Assembly (NCBI GenBank): GCA_963825525.1 | Contig: CAWGTN010000001.1 | Coordinates: forward strand, 96,001 to 160,000 | Source: an uncultured Chloroflexia bacterium | Lineage (GTDB): Bacteria; Chloroflexota; Limnocylindria; QHBO01 | Length of the DNA stretch: 64,000 bases | Reading direction: 5' to 3' | Shown: one piece after another, positions 7,774 to 17,923 of the stretch | How the letters are laid out: each line of letters begins with the position of its first letter | Position numbering within the stretch: the first letter of the stretch is position 1 | Translations under genes and position numbers: made by a program | Notes under the pieces: generated by a model | Told to the model about the DNA's origin: nothing | Database searches by the model: none | Seen by the model: the letters and a program-made list of their open reading frames with translations, nothing else

Positions 7774-9804
7774 ATGCGCGCCACCGTCGTGCGCAGCCTG
7801 GCCGTCGTCGGCGTCGGAGCCGTCCTGCTGGCGGGCGTCCTGTACGTCGCGAGCACGGTGGACGGGCGAGCCCCCTCGGTGGTGTCGATAGCTCTCACGC
7901 AGCCGGTCCCCGACGAGTCCCTGGTGGGCCTGCCAACCACGAGCCTCGAGATCACCTTCACCGAGCCGGTGGAGACCGACAGCGCAATCGCTGCCCTGGC
8001 GTTCGAGCCGCCGATCGAAGGCAGCGTGAGCGTGGCCGGGAGTGCGGTGCTCTTCACGCCCAGCGAGCCTCTCGAGCTCGCCGCGACCTACACGCTGACC
8101 GTTGCCGCCGGGGTGCGCGATGCGGCCGGCAACCGCCTGACCGAGGTGCCGCCGCCGTTCACGTTCGAGACGACCGGGCCGCCACAGGTGGTCGAGACCG
8201 ATCCGCCGGACGGCGCGACCGGGGTGCTCCTCGATGCGCCGGTATCGATCCGCTTCTCGGGGCTGATGGATACCGCATCGGTGGAGGCGGCGTTGCGCCT
8301 GCGGCCGATCTTCGACCATACCCTCCGATGGAGCGGCCGGCTGCTCGAGATCGTCCCGACCGAGGCGCTGCGACCGGACACCGACTATCGCGTGGACATC
8401 GGTGCGGAGGCGCTCGACACGTCGGGCGTCGCGTTGGGCGAGCCGGTCCGGATGGCGTTCCACACCCTCACGGCTGGTCTCGACGTCACACGCGTCGTGC
8501 CGCGCGATGGGACCGACGGCGTGGCCGCCATATCGTCGATCGCGGTGATCTTTGACGATCCGGTCGATCCAGCCTCCGTCTCGGGCGACGCCATGTCGAT
8601 CCGTCCGGATGTCTCGGGCTCGCTCGAGATCGTCGACGTTCGGGGCGAGACACCCGCCTCAGGCGAGGAGGGCGTGGTGCTCCGCTTCGTTCCCGCGGGC
8701 CCGCTGCCGCCGAACACGACGTTCGATGTTCGACTCGAGCCCACCGTCGCCGGCATCGACGGCGGCGGGCTGGCGGAGCCGCTCACGTGGTCGTTCACGA
8801 CCGGTGCGCCGGGCACGGCACTGACGAACCAGGTGGCATTCCTTTCCGACCGTGCGGGGATCGCCAACCTGTGGGTCATGAACCCGGACGGATCAGGCGC
8901 ACACCAGGTGAGCGCGGAGCTGAGTCCGGTCCTTGATTACGCGATTGCGCCCGATGGGAGCTCATTCGTGGTGGGCGATGGTCATCGCCTCGTCATGCAG
9001 GACGCCGACGGCTCTGACCGGCGCGTCATCACCGACGACGGGTACCTCGAGTTCGACCCGACCTACGCGCCGAACGGCCAGCACCTGGCCTTCGCCCGGG
9101 TCGACGCCACCGACGGGGGCGGGCTCGGAATCTGGCAGCGCTCGATTCCCGGCGACGATGTCTCGGCGATCGACCTGCCGTCACAGGGTGAGCCGGACTC
9201 GGGCGACGTCCCGCACCGTGCACCCCGCTACTCGCCGGACGGCACCGCCCTCGCCTTCGTGGACGCCACGGGGTGGGTCGCCATCGTCGGGTTGGACGAC
9301 GGTACATTCGATCGGGCGAGGTTCGCTGCGGACGTGGTGCCGTCCTGGCTGCCCGACTCGAGCGCGGTGGTGCTCACGGGCCGGCCATCGAGTGTCGGGA
9401 CCGAGCCCGAGCCGGTCGTGGCGCCGGTCGAACCCATGGCCGCGGGGGAGGGAACCACGGTCGCCGTGCTGCGCCGCGACGCTTCCCGGACGGATCCCAG
9501 CGGGCTCGATCCGGGCGCGGTGCTGCTGGCGCTGGGGTCCGACGGCCGCATCGCCTACCGTGACGCCGATGGCGGCCTGTGGGTCAGCGACAGCGTGGAC
9601 GAACCCGGCCGGCGCGTCCCGCGCGTCGACGAGCCGGGGATCAGCGGCGTGGCCTTCTCACCGAATGCCGACGAGATGGTGGTCATCATCCCCGGCGCGG
9701 ATCGGGAGCCGACGATCGAGGGCACGGTCGTGAGGGTCGGCATGGATAACGGGCGACGGCAGGTGCTCGCCAACGACGGATGGCGGGCGCGCTGGCTACC
9801 CTGA
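7774..9804 (+). CDS. Exported protein with three Ig-like (Big_5-type) domains and a TolB-like beta-propeller
   Basis: N-terminal hydrophobic helix; repeated 'P.DG...V...I.I.F....D..SV' units; AFLSDRAG..NLWVMNPDG and P.YSPDG..LAF repeats. Confidence 0.8.
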   Translation: MRATVVRSLAVVGVGAVLLAGVLYVASTVDGRAPSVVSIALTQPVPDESLVGLPTTSLEITFTEPVETDSAIAALAFEPPIEGSVSVAGSAVLFTPSEPLELAATYTLTVAAGVRDAAGNRLTEVPPPFTFETTGPPQVVETDPPDGATGVLLDAPVSIRFSGLMDTASVEAALRLRPIFDHTLRWSGRLLEIVPTEALRPDTDYRVDIGAEALDTSGVALGEPVRMAFHTLTAGLDVTRVVPRDGTDGVAAISSIAVIFDDPVDPASVSGDAMSIRPDVSGSLEIVDVRGETPASGEEGVVLRFVPAGPLPPNTTFDVRLEPTVAGIDGGGLAEPLTWSFTTGAPGTALTNQVAFLSDRAGIANLWVMNPDGSGAHQVSAELSPVLDYAIAPDGSSFVVGDGHRLVMQDADGSDRRVITDDGYLEFDPTYAPNGQHLAFARVDATDGGGLGIWQRSIPGDDVSAIDLPSQGEPDSGDVPHRAPRYSPDGTALAFVDATGWVAIVGLDDGTFDRARFAADVVPSWLPDSSAVVLTGRPSSVGTEPEPVVAPVEPMAAGEGTTVAVLRRDASRTDPSGLDPGAVLLALGSDGRIAYRDADGGLWVSDSVDEPGRRVPRVDEPGISGVAFSPNADEMVVIIPGADREPTIEGTVVRVGMDNGRRQVLANDGWRARWLP

Positions 9805-9952
9805 CCACCGATGCCAGGCGCGTGCTAGAATCCGCGCGCCGTCGCTGGCGGGGTACGTGACCGTGTCCTCCCGCCGGCGCTTCGTGTGCATCTAGGAATA
9901 GGTCTGAGCGAGCCCGATTGAGCGTGGCCGCCGGCCACCGCTCGGAGGATCC

Positions 9953-12175
9953 ATGGAGCTCCAGCCCATCCTGTGGGTGATCCCGCTTGCCGGAATCGCC
10001 GCCATCGCGTTCGCCCTCTATCTCGCCTGGGACGTCCTTCGAGCGGACACCGGCACGGAGGCGATGCAGGAGATCGCCGGCACGATCTACGAAGGGGCCG
10101 TGGCCTTCATCAGGCGCCAGTACCAGACCATCGCCCTCCTGGCACTCGGTGGCGCGCTGATCATCGGCGTGGTGATCGGCGTCGTCGAGGGCCGTGAGGT
10201 CGCCGACACCGACATCTTCGGATTCGACCTCGGATGGCGCACCGCGCTCGCGTTTCTCGTGGGCGCGGCGTGCTCGATGGCGTCGGGCATCATCGGCATG
10301 TTCATCAGCGTGAAGGCAAACCTGCGGACGGCCGCGGCGGCGCAGCACAGCCTGGTGCGTGCCGTCCAGGTTGCGATGCGCGGGGGAGCGGTATCGGGCT
10401 TCCTGGTGGTCGCCCTGAGCCTTCTCGGCGTGTACGGAATCTTCGCTGCCTTCGGTGGGTTCACCAATCCTGAGGAGGCACCGTTCCTCATCGTCGGCTT
10501 CGGGTTCGGCGCCAGCTTCGTGGCCCTGTTCGCTCAGCTGGGCGGCGGCATCTACACGAAGGCGGCCGACGTCGGGGCGGACCTGGTCGGGAAGGTCGAG
10601 GCCGGCATCCCGGAGGACGACCCGCGCAACGCGGCCGTGGTGGCGGACCTCGTGGGTGACAACGTCGGCGACTGCGCCGGACGTGGTGCGGACCTGTTTG
10701 AATCGACGGCGGCCGAGAACATCGGCGCCATGATCCTGGGCGTTGCGGTATGGCGCATCGCCACCGAGCTCGGCTGGCCGAATCCCGAGGCGTGGATCTT
10801 CTTCCCGCTCGTCGTGCGTGGCTTTGGCCTGCTGGCGACCATCGTGGCCATGTTCTTCGTGCGTGGCAGCGAGACCGAGAACCCGATGAACATCCTGAAC
10901 CGCGGGTACTGGGTCACGACCATCCTCTCCATCGGCGGCCTGGCGCTCACGACCTACGTGATGATGAACACGGGGATCGATCTGCCCGTCAACGGCATCC
11001 CCGCGTGGGTCTGGTTCTTCGGCGCCGGCCTCGTCGGGCTCGCCACCAGCGTGGCCTTCGTCTACATCACCCAGTACTACACGGCGGGCACCTATCGCCC
11101 GGTGCGCGAGATCGCCGAGGCGAGCCGGACCGGACCCGCCACCAACATCATCAGCGGAACCGCCGTGGGCTTCGAGACGACGCTCATGACGGCCGTCACC
11201 ATCGCCGTCGCCCTGTTCGCCAGCTTCACCCTCGGCAGCCAGGCGGGCCTCATCACCGCGGCCGGCGACAACGTCGGCGGCATCTTCGGGACCGCCGTCG
11301 CCACCATGGGCATGCTCATGACGACCGCCTACATCCTGGCCATGGACACGTTCGGTCCCATCACCGACAACGCGGGCGGGATCGCCGAGTTCAGCAAGGC
11401 CGATGCGAGCGCTCGCGAGATCACCGACCGCCTCGACGCCGTGGGCAACACGACGAAGGCACTCACCAAGGGCTACGCCATCGCCTCGGCGTCCCTGGCG
11501 GCCTTCCTGCTGTTCAGCGCCTACATCGACAAGGTCAACCTCATCCTCCAGCGACAGATCGACAGCGGGCTGCGCGAGGCGGGCACGCTGCTCGAATCGG
11601 TCGACCTGGCGAACGTCAACGTGTTCATCGCCGGGCTCATCGGGGCCATGCTCGTGTACTTCTTCTCGAGCCTGGCCATTCGGGCCGTCGGCACCGCCGC
11701 ACAGGCGATCATCGTCGAGGTCCGTCGTCAGTTCCGCGAGATGCCCGGCATCATGGATTACACCCAGCGACCCGACTACGCCCGGGTGGTGGACATCACG
11801 ACGCGCGCCGCCCTGCGCGAGATGATCCTGCCAGGCACCGTGGCCGTCGCCACCCCGATCATCGTTGGACTGCTGCTCGGGCACGAGGCGGTGGCCGGCA
11901 TGCTCATGGTGGGCACGATCAGCGGCGTCATGCTCGCCACCGTCCTGAACAACGGCGGCGGCGCGTGGGACAACGCCAAGAAGTACATCGAGTCGGGCGA
12001 GCTCAAGGATGCGGACGGCAACGTGCTCGGCAAGGGATCGGACGCCCACGCCGCTGCGGTCGTCGGTGACACCGTGGGAGACCCGTTCAAGGACACCGCC
12101 GGACCATCCCTCCACGTCCTGGTGAAGCTGCTCGCCACCATCACCCTGGTGCTTGCGCCGCTCTTCATCCGGTAG
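9953..12175 (+). CDS. hppA: Membrane pyrophosphatase, K+-independent H+-pumping type
   Basis: GGGIYTKAADVGADLVGKVEAGIPEDDPRN, DNVGD, GDTVGDPFKDTAGP. GNTTKA has Lys at the position diagnostic for K+ independence. Confidence 0.96.
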   Translation: MELQPILWVIPLAGIAAIAFALYLAWDVLRADTGTEAMQEIAGTIYEGAVAFIRRQYQTIALLALGGALIIGVVIGVVEGREVADTDIFGFDLGWRTALAFLVGAACSMASGIIGMFISVKANLRTAAAAQHSLVRAVQVAMRGGAVSGFLVVALSLLGVYGIFAAFGGFTNPEEAPFLIVGFGFGASFVALFAQLGGGIYTKAADVGADLVGKVEAGIPEDDPRNAAVVADLVGDNVGDCAGRGADLFESTAAENIGAMILGVAVWRIATELGWPNPEAWIFFPLVVRGFGLLATIVAMFFVRGSETENPMNILNRGYWVTTILSIGGLALTTYVMMNTGIDLPVNGIPAWVWFFGAGLVGLATSVAFVYITQYYTAGTYRPVREIAEASRTGPATNIISGTAVGFETTLMTAVTIAVALFASFTLGSQAGLITAAGDNVGGIFGTAVATMGMLMTTAYILAMDTFGPITDNAGGIAEFSKADASAREITDRLDAVGNTTKALTKGYAIASASLAAFLLFSAYIDKVNLILQRQIDSGLREAGTLLESVDLANVNVFIAGLIGAMLVYFFSSLAIRAVGTAAQAIIVEVRRQFREMPGIMDYTQRPDYARVVDITTRAALREMILPGTVAVATPIIVGLLLGHEAVAGMLMVGTISGVMLATVLNNGGGAWDNAKKYIESGELKDADGNVLGKGSDAHAAAVVGDTVGDPFKDTAGPSLHVLVKLLATITLVLAPLFIR

Positions 12176-12202
12176 GAGGTTCCCGCGTCGCCGCGGGTCA
12201 TC

Positions 12203-13048
12203 ATGGACGTCGTCATCCAGGCCGCGCTCATCGGGCTGCTCCAGGGTCTGACCGAGTTCATCCCGATCAGCTCGTCGGCACACCTCGAGCTGGCACCGTG
12301 GATCGCCGGCTGGCAGACCGAAGGGCTCATCGGGAGCCTGGCCTTCGACGTGTTCCTGCACCTCGGCACGCTCGTGGCGCTGCTCGTCTACTTCGCCCGT
12401 GACTGGGTGCGCTACGCGCGTGCGTGGGTCGCCAGCGTTCGCGAGCGGCGCATCGGCGGTGATCCTGACCGGCGTATTGCCTGGCTCCTCATCGTGGCCA
12501 CGATTCCGGCCGCGCTCATCGGCTTCGCGCTCGAGGGCTTCATTGAGGACACGTTCCACGGGAACACCGATGGCGCGCGACTCGCCATCGCCGGCTTTCT
12601 CGTCCTCGGGGCGATCGGACTCTGGCTTGCCGACCGCCTGGGGCGCGAAACGCGCGGCCTGTCTGACGTCACACTGCCGGGTGCCCTGACCATCGGCCTC
12701 AGCCAGGCCCTCGCCCTGTTTCCGGGCATCAGCCGTAGCGGGGCCACCATCACCGCGGGGCGGGCGCTTGGCCTGAACCGGGAGGCCGCGGCACGCTTCA
12801 GCTTCCTGCTCGCGACGCCGATCACCTTCGGCGCCGGGCTCTACGGCTCGCGCCGCCTCCTGACCGAGACCCACACCGGAACCGAGTGGCTGGCGATCGC
12901 GGTCGGGTTCGCGGTGGCCGTGCTGTCGGGCCTGATGGCCATCGGATTCCTGCTCGCCTGGCTCCGCCGGCGCTCACTCGCCGCCTTCAGCGTGTACCGC
13001 ATCCTGTTCGCCGCGGTCATCGTGGTGCTGGTGGTCATCGGCCGCTGA
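12203..13048 (+). CDS. uppP: Undecaprenyl-diphosphate phosphatase
   Basis: QGLTEFIPISSSAH and PGISRSGATI motifs. Confidence 0.96.
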   Translation: MDVVIQAALIGLLQGLTEFIPISSSAHLELAPWIAGWQTEGLIGSLAFDVFLHLGTLVALLVYFARDWVRYARAWVASVRERRIGGDPDRRIAWLLIVATIPAALIGFALEGFIEDTFHGNTDGARLAIAGFLVLGAIGLWLADRLGRETRGLSDVTLPGALTIGLSQALALFPGISRSGATITAGRALGLNREAAARFSFLLATPITFGAGLYGSRRLLTETHTGTEWLAIAVGFAVAVLSGLMAIGFLLAWLRRRSLAAFSVYRILFAAVIVVLVVIGR

Positions 13049-13067
13049 TCCGCGCCCGCTCCTCGCT

Positions 13068-13096
13068 TTGACTTCGCACGCTCGCAGACCTACAAT
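13068..13096 (+). promoter_or_regulatory. Sigma-70 promoter of greA-lysS-serS
   Basis: TTGACT-17 nt-TACAAT. Confidence 0.75.
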
Positions 13097-13144
13097 CTGC
13101 CCGCTGCGGACGACCCGCGGCGCCTGGCCCATCGGGTACGGCCA

Positions 13145-13195
13145 GCTTCAGGAGACGCCGCCAACGCATCGGCGGGGCCTGGAGCGTTTTTTGTT
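13145..13195 (+). terminator. Leader terminator/attenuator upstream of greA
   Basis: GCTTCAGG...CCTGGAGC stem followed by GTTTTTTGTT, lying between the promoter and the greA RBS. Confidence 0.6.
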
Positions 13196-13222
13196 ATCGG
13201 ACGAGGACGAGGGGGCATCAAT

Positions 13223-13684
13223 ATGAACACCAAGCCCGTCTACCTCACAGCGGAGGGTCTCGAGAAGCTCAAGGTCGAGCTCCATGAGCTGATCACGGTT
13301 GATCGACCCCGCATCGCCGCCCGAATTCACGAGGCCAAGCTCGACGGCGATCTGTCGGAGAACGCCGAGTACGAGGACGCCAAGCAGGAACAATCGTTCC
13401 TCGAAGGCCGCATCGCCACGCTCGAGCTGCAGCTGCGCAACGCCGCGGTCATCGAGAAGGCGAATGGCGACAGCGTCGGCATCGGCTCGAAGGTCGTCAT
13501 CAAGGGCACCGACGGCGAGGAGACGTTCACGATCGTCGGCTCGGCGGAGGCCGCGCCGCGTGACGGACGCATCAGCAACGAGTCGCCGGTCGGCGCCGCG
13601 CTGATGGGCCGCAAGAAGGGCGACACGGTGACCGTCCACGCACCGGCCGGCGCCATCGAGTACACGCTCGTTCGCATCGGCTGA
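13223..13684 (+). CDS. greA: Transcription elongation factor GreA
   Basis: GDLSENAEYEDAK, ISNESPVGAALMG. Confidence 0.97.
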   Translation: MNTKPVYLTAEGLEKLKVELHELITVDRPRIAARIHEAKLDGDLSENAEYEDAKQEQSFLEGRIATLELQLRNAAVIEKANGDSVGIGSKVVIKGTDGEETFTIVGSAEAAPRDGRISNESPVGAALMGRKKGDTVTVHAPAGAIEYTLVRIG

Positions 13685-13689
13685 GCAGC

Positions 13690-15288
13690 GTGTTCTGGGC
13701 TGACGAGCTCGCCGCGGCGGCTTCCGGCCCGCAGGTCGTCAACGACTCGAAGACGCCGTCGGGCACCGTTCACGTAGGAAGCCTGCGTGGTCCGGTGGTG
13801 GTCGACACCATCGCCCGCGCGCTTCGTCGGGCGGACGTCCCGGTGGAGCTCCGCTACGGCGTCGACGATCTCGACCCGATGGATGCACAGGCGCTCCTGA
13901 CGCCCGACGCCATCGAGCGCTCCATGGGCGTGCCGCTCTCCCATGTGCCCGATCCGGCCGGTGACTGTCATGACTCGTACGCTCGGCACTTCGCCGGTGT
14001 CTTCGTGGACACCTTCGACGGCCTCGGCATTCGGCCCGACACCTATTACTGGATGAGCGAGGTCTACGGTTCGGGCGCCATGGACCCCTTCATCCGTCGG
14101 GCCCTCGACGGCGCCGCCACCATCCGCGACATCTATCGGCGCGTCGCGAACGTCAACCATTCCGATGACTGGCATCCGCTCTTCGTCATCTGCGAGTCGT
14201 GTGGGCGAATCGGCACGACCATCGTCACGGGGTGGGACGGCGACATCGTCACCTACGAGTGCCGCCCGGACCTCGTGACCTGGGCCGCCGGCTGCGGGCA
14301 TTCGGGCACGGTGTCACCGTTCGGCGGCCGCGCCAAGCTGCCGTACAACGTTGACTGGGCCGCCAAGTGGGAGCTGTTCGGCGTCACCATCGAACCCGCC
14401 GGCAAGGACCTCTCCACGGCCGGAGGATCGCGCGACCGCTCCGATGCCGTCGCCCGCGAGGTCTTCGGCAACGAGCCTCCGCTGAACGTGCCCTACGAGT
14501 TCCTCAACATCGGCGGCAAAAAGATGTCCACCTCGAAGGGACTTGGCGCCTCGGCCACCCAGATCGCGGATGTCGTGCCACCCGAACAGCTTCGGCTGTT
14601 GTTCCTGCGCCCGCGACCGAACACGGCAATCGAGTTCGACCCGCACGGGACCGATGCCATTCCGCGGCTGTTCGACGAGTCCGATCGCCTTGCGGCCGCC
14701 ACCGATGGCCGCGAGGTGCGGGGTGAGCTTCCGGCGAATCACGAGCAGGTCTACCGCTACAGCCTGGTCGAGCCCGATGCCGACCTGGCCGCGGAGTCCG
14801 CCGCCTTCCGCCCGGCCTTCAGCCACCTGGCGCTCCTCGAGCAGATCCCCGGCGTCGACGTCGTCGAGCGCGTGACCGCGGAGAAGGCTGCGCCGCTGAC
14901 CCATCGCGAAGCCGAGATTCTCGAGGAGCGGCGGGCCGCCGCGAGAGCGTGGCTCACCGCCTACGCTCCCGACTCCGTCCGGATCGCGGTCCGCGATACC
15001 CTGCCGCAGGAAGCGAGCGGCTTGACCGATGCGCAGCGCACGTATCTCGGCCGCCTGGCTGACGCCTCAGCCACCGCGCCACCGGCCTCGGGCGAGTCGT
15101 GGCAGGCACTGATCTTCAGCACGGCCAAGGACGCCGGGCTGTCCGCCGGCGACGCGTTCCGTGCGGTCTACCTCGCGTTCCTCGGCCGAACCAACGGCCC
15201 TCGCGCCGGTTGGCTCGTGGCATCGCTCGATGCCGGCTTCGTCACGCGTCGCCTGGGCGAGGCATCCGCACCGGGGGCCGTGTCATGA
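13690..15288 (+). CDS. lysS: Lysine--tRNA ligase, class I
   Basis: FWADE...KTPSGTVHVGSLRG (HIGH-type), KMSTSKG, C-terminal GPRAG; two Cys pairs. Confidence 0.95.
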   Translation: MFWADELAAAASGPQVVNDSKTPSGTVHVGSLRGPVVVDTIARALRRADVPVELRYGVDDLDPMDAQALLTPDAIERSMGVPLSHVPDPAGDCHDSYARHFAGVFVDTFDGLGIRPDTYYWMSEVYGSGAMDPFIRRALDGAATIRDIYRRVANVNHSDDWHPLFVICESCGRIGTTIVTGWDGDIVTYECRPDLVTWAAGCGHSGTVSPFGGRAKLPYNVDWAAKWELFGVTIEPAGKDLSTAGGSRDRSDAVAREVFGNEPPLNVPYEFLNIGGKKMSTSKGLGASATQIADVVPPEQLRLLFLRPRPNTAIEFDPHGTDAIPRLFDESDRLAAATDGREVRGELPANHEQVYRYSLVEPDADLAAESAAFRPAFSHLALLEQIPGVDVVERVTAEKAAPLTHREAEILEERRAAARAWLTAYAPDSVRIAVRDTLPQEASGLTDAQRTYLGRLADASATAPPASGESWQALIFSTAKDAGLSAGDAFRAVYLAFLGRTNGPRAGWLVASLDAGFVTRRLGEASAPGAVS

Positions 15289-16583
15289 GTGTTGGCGTTC
15301 AGCGGCTGCGTGACGAACCCGACCTCCTGCGTCGCGGCACGGCGGACAAGGGGGAAGACCCCGCGCTCGTTGATCGCGCCCGGGACCTGGACGAGCGACG
15401 TCGCTCGCTGCTGGCCGAGGCCGATGCCCTCAAGGCGGAGCGCAACGAGTCGAGCCGGCGGATCGGGCAGGCCATTCGCGACGGCGCCGACCCGGGTGGC
15501 GCAGCGGTCGCGGAGCTGAAGGCGGCGTCGACCGCCGCCGGGGGACGCATCGTCGCCCTCGATGCCGAGCTTTCGGACGTGGAGGCGGCGCTCGACGACG
15601 CCATGCTGCGCATCCCCAACCCGGCCGACTCCGACGTCCCGGTGGGCGGTGAGGAGGCCAACGTCACGGTCCGCACGTGGGGCGAACCCCTGGCGGGGGA
15701 GGGACGAAGGCCGCACTGGGAGATTGCGGATGAGCTCGGCCTCATCGATCTCGTGCGCGGGGCCAAGGTCGCCGGATCTGGGTTTCCGGTGTACGTGGGT
15801 GCCGGATCGGCGCTGCAGCGTGCGCTCATCAGCTGGTTCCTGGACGTGCACACCACCGAGAACGGGATGATCGAGGTCTGGCCGCCGGCCGTCGTGAATG
15901 CCGAGAGCGCTCGCGGCACGGGCCAGATTCCGGACAAGGAGGACCAGATGTACGTCGTCACGCGCGACGACCTCTACCTGGTCCCGACCGCCGAGGTGCC
16001 GGTCACCAACCTCCACCGGGACGAGATCATCGAGCCGGCGGCGCTCCCCATTCGCTATGCCGCCTATTCGCCGTGCTTCCGCCGTGAGGCCGGTGCGGCC
16101 GGTCGGGACACGCGTGGCATCCTGAGGGTCCACCAGTTCGACAAGGTCGAGATGGTGAGCTTCGTGCGGCCCGAGGACTCCGAGGCCGAGCTGGAGTGGC
16201 TCACGGAGCGCGCGGAGATCCTCCTCCAGCGCCTGGGCCTCGCCTACCGGGTGCTCCTCATGAGCACGCGTGAAATGGGGTTCGTCCAGGCTCGCAAGTA
16301 CGATCTCGAGGTCTGGGCGCCAGGCGTCCAGCGCTGGCTCGAGGTGAGCAGCGTCAGCAACTTCCGTGACTACCAGGCGCGGCGCATGGCCATCCGGCAT
16401 CGGGCCGATGCCGGTGGCAAGCCGGAGCTCCTCCACACCCTCAACGGATCCGCCCTCGCGCTGCCGCGGACCATGGCGGCGATCATCGAGACCCACCAGC
16501 AGTCCGACGGATCGATCCTGGTCCCGGAGCCGCTCCGCGCGTATCTCGGCGGACGCGAGCGCCTGGGCCCCGCCGGCGCCTGA
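15285..16583 (+). CDS. serS: Serine--tRNA ligase
   Basis: YLVPTAEVP, FRREAGAAGRDTRGILRVHQFDKVE, EVSSVSN, HTLNGSALA. Confidence 0.97.
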   Translation: MSVGVQRLRDEPDLLRRGTADKGEDPALVDRARDLDERRRSLLAEADALKAERNESSRRIGQAIRDGADPGGAAVAELKAASTAAGGRIVALDAELSDVEAALDDAMLRIPNPADSDVPVGGEEANVTVRTWGEPLAGEGRRPHWEIADELGLIDLVRGAKVAGSGFPVYVGAGSALQRALISWFLDVHTTENGMIEVWPPAVVNAESARGTGQIPDKEDQMYVVTRDDLYLVPTAEVPVTNLHRDEIIEPAALPIRYAAYSPCFRREAGAAGRDTRGILRVHQFDKVEMVSFVRPEDSEAELEWLTERAEILLQRLGLAYRVLLMSTREMGFVQARKYDLEVWAPGVQRWLEVSSVSNFRDYQARRMAIRHRADAGGKPELLHTLNGSALALPRTMAAIIETHQQSDGSILVPEPLRAYLGGRERLGPAGA

Positions 16584-16739
16584 CTCGGAGACCGAACCCG
16601 ACCGCCAGCCGGTCCGTGGCCACAGTCTCCGTTGGCGCTTCTTGCTGCGTCGTCATGGTGTCCTCGGGCCGTGCACGATGGGGAAACGCGCGGCGGGTCG
16701 TGACCGTGAGATCACCGGTGGCGATACGATAGGTGACCC

Positions 16740-16827
16740 GGAGGGGTGGCAGAGTGGACGAATGCAGCGGTCTTGAAAACCGCCGTGGCGCAAGTCACCG
16801 TGGGTTCGAATCCCACCCCCTCCGCCA
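16740..16827 (+). tRNA. tRNA-Ser(TGA)
   Basis: Cloverleaf; GCGGT-CT-TGA-AA-ACCGC; long variable arm; GCCA end. Confidence 0.96.
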
Positions 16828-16893
16828 ACTAGTCCGAGCGTGAGGGTCGCGTCCCGCCTTTGTGGTCACGCCCATCCAGTACGTCGGCTGCGC

Positions 16894-17820
16894 TCAACTG
16901 GCGGGTTCGCCGAGCGTCAGGGCGACCTTCCCGGCGACGTCCCGATTCCGCAGCCGATCCATCGCCTCGGTGATCTCCTCCCAGGGCAGCTCGGCACCGA
17001 CCTGAGGATCGAGCTTGCGTTCGGCCACGAGCGAGGCGAGGTACCCAAGGTCGCGACCGAACGGGTCGCCACCGAAGAACAACTCGAAACCTTGGAGACG
17101 GACGAGGGCATCGTTGTAGACATCACGGACGTTGAACGTGGTCGGTTCGTCGGAGCTGTTGCCGAACATGACCAGCGTGCCTTGAGCGTCGACCATGGTC
17201 ACGAGTCGGCCGAGCGTCTCGCCCCCCACCGATTCGAGGATGAGGTCGAACCGACCCTGGAGCTTCTCGATGTCGGAGACGACGTCATCGGCACCCAGCT
17301 GGCGCAGCCCCTCCGCCCGCGCCGATCGGCTGGTGGTCAACGCCGTCACCTCGGCCCCACCGAGACGAGCCAGCTGTATGGCAAAGCGGCCGACGCCGCC
17401 CGAGGCCCCCGTCACCAGGACTCGGCGACCGAGGATCGTTGGTCCCATTCGGAGCATGCGCAGGGCAGCCAAACCGGCCGTTGGTAGCGTCGCCCCTTGG
17501 GCGAAGGAGACTCCATCAGGCAGCTCGGCGATCCATCCTTCGTGAACCGCCACCTGCTCGGCCCAGCTACCGCCCCGCCGGATGCCGAGCACCCGCGCGC
17601 CGGCTCTGAGGCCGTGCTCGACGTCGGATCGCAGGATGCCGGCGAAGTCCCATCCGGGACGCCAGCCGTCGGTAGCCGTTTCGAGCATCCGCATCTCGCC
17701 GCGATTGACCGAGAATGCACGCACGTCCACGAGAACTTCACCGGGCGCCGGCACCGGCTCGGGAACGTCCTGCAAGGCGATCCTGCCGGGAGCAGAGCTG
17801 TCAGCCACCAGTGCGCGCAT
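16894..17820 (-). CDS. MDR-family NADPH:quinone oxidoreductase/alcohol dehydrogenase
   Basis: SVNRGE, PGWDFAG, VLVTGASGGVG, GKVAL. Confidence 0.9.
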   Translation of the reverse strand: MRALVADSSAPGRIALQDVPEPVPAPGEVLVDVRAFSVNRGEMRMLETATDGWRPGWDFAGILRSDVEHGLRAGARVLGIRRGGSWAEQVAVHEGWIAELPDGVSFAQGATLPTAGLAALRMLRMGPTILGRRVLVTGASGGVGRFAIQLARLGGAEVTALTTSRSARAEGLRQLGADDVVSDIEKLQGRFDLILESVGGETLGRLVTMVDAQGTLVMFGNSSDEPTTFNVRDVYNDALVRLQGFELFFGGDPFGRDLGYLASLVAERKLDPQVGAELPWEEITEAMDRLRNRDVAGKVALTLGEPAS

Positions 17821-17923
17821 GGGTCAAGGCCTCCGGTCGAGTGTTCCGTCGTCCATACGATCGTACGCCCGCTCATGGAGAGCGCCGCGCCTCACTCGGC
17901 GAAGCACCCGGACACCGGGTGAC

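Noticed and set aside
9686-12874. 1062-aa minus-strand ORF, and similar long ORFs at 17873-20176, 20371-22269, 45092-47626 and 53825-55495
   Set aside because: Antisense shadows of well-supported genes caused by GC-rich codon bias; no motifs.
16740-16827. Selenocysteine or suppressor tRNA (TGA in the loop, long arm)
   Set aside because: Anticodon TGA reads UCA (Ser); tRNA-Sec would have TCA and an 8-bp acceptor stem.
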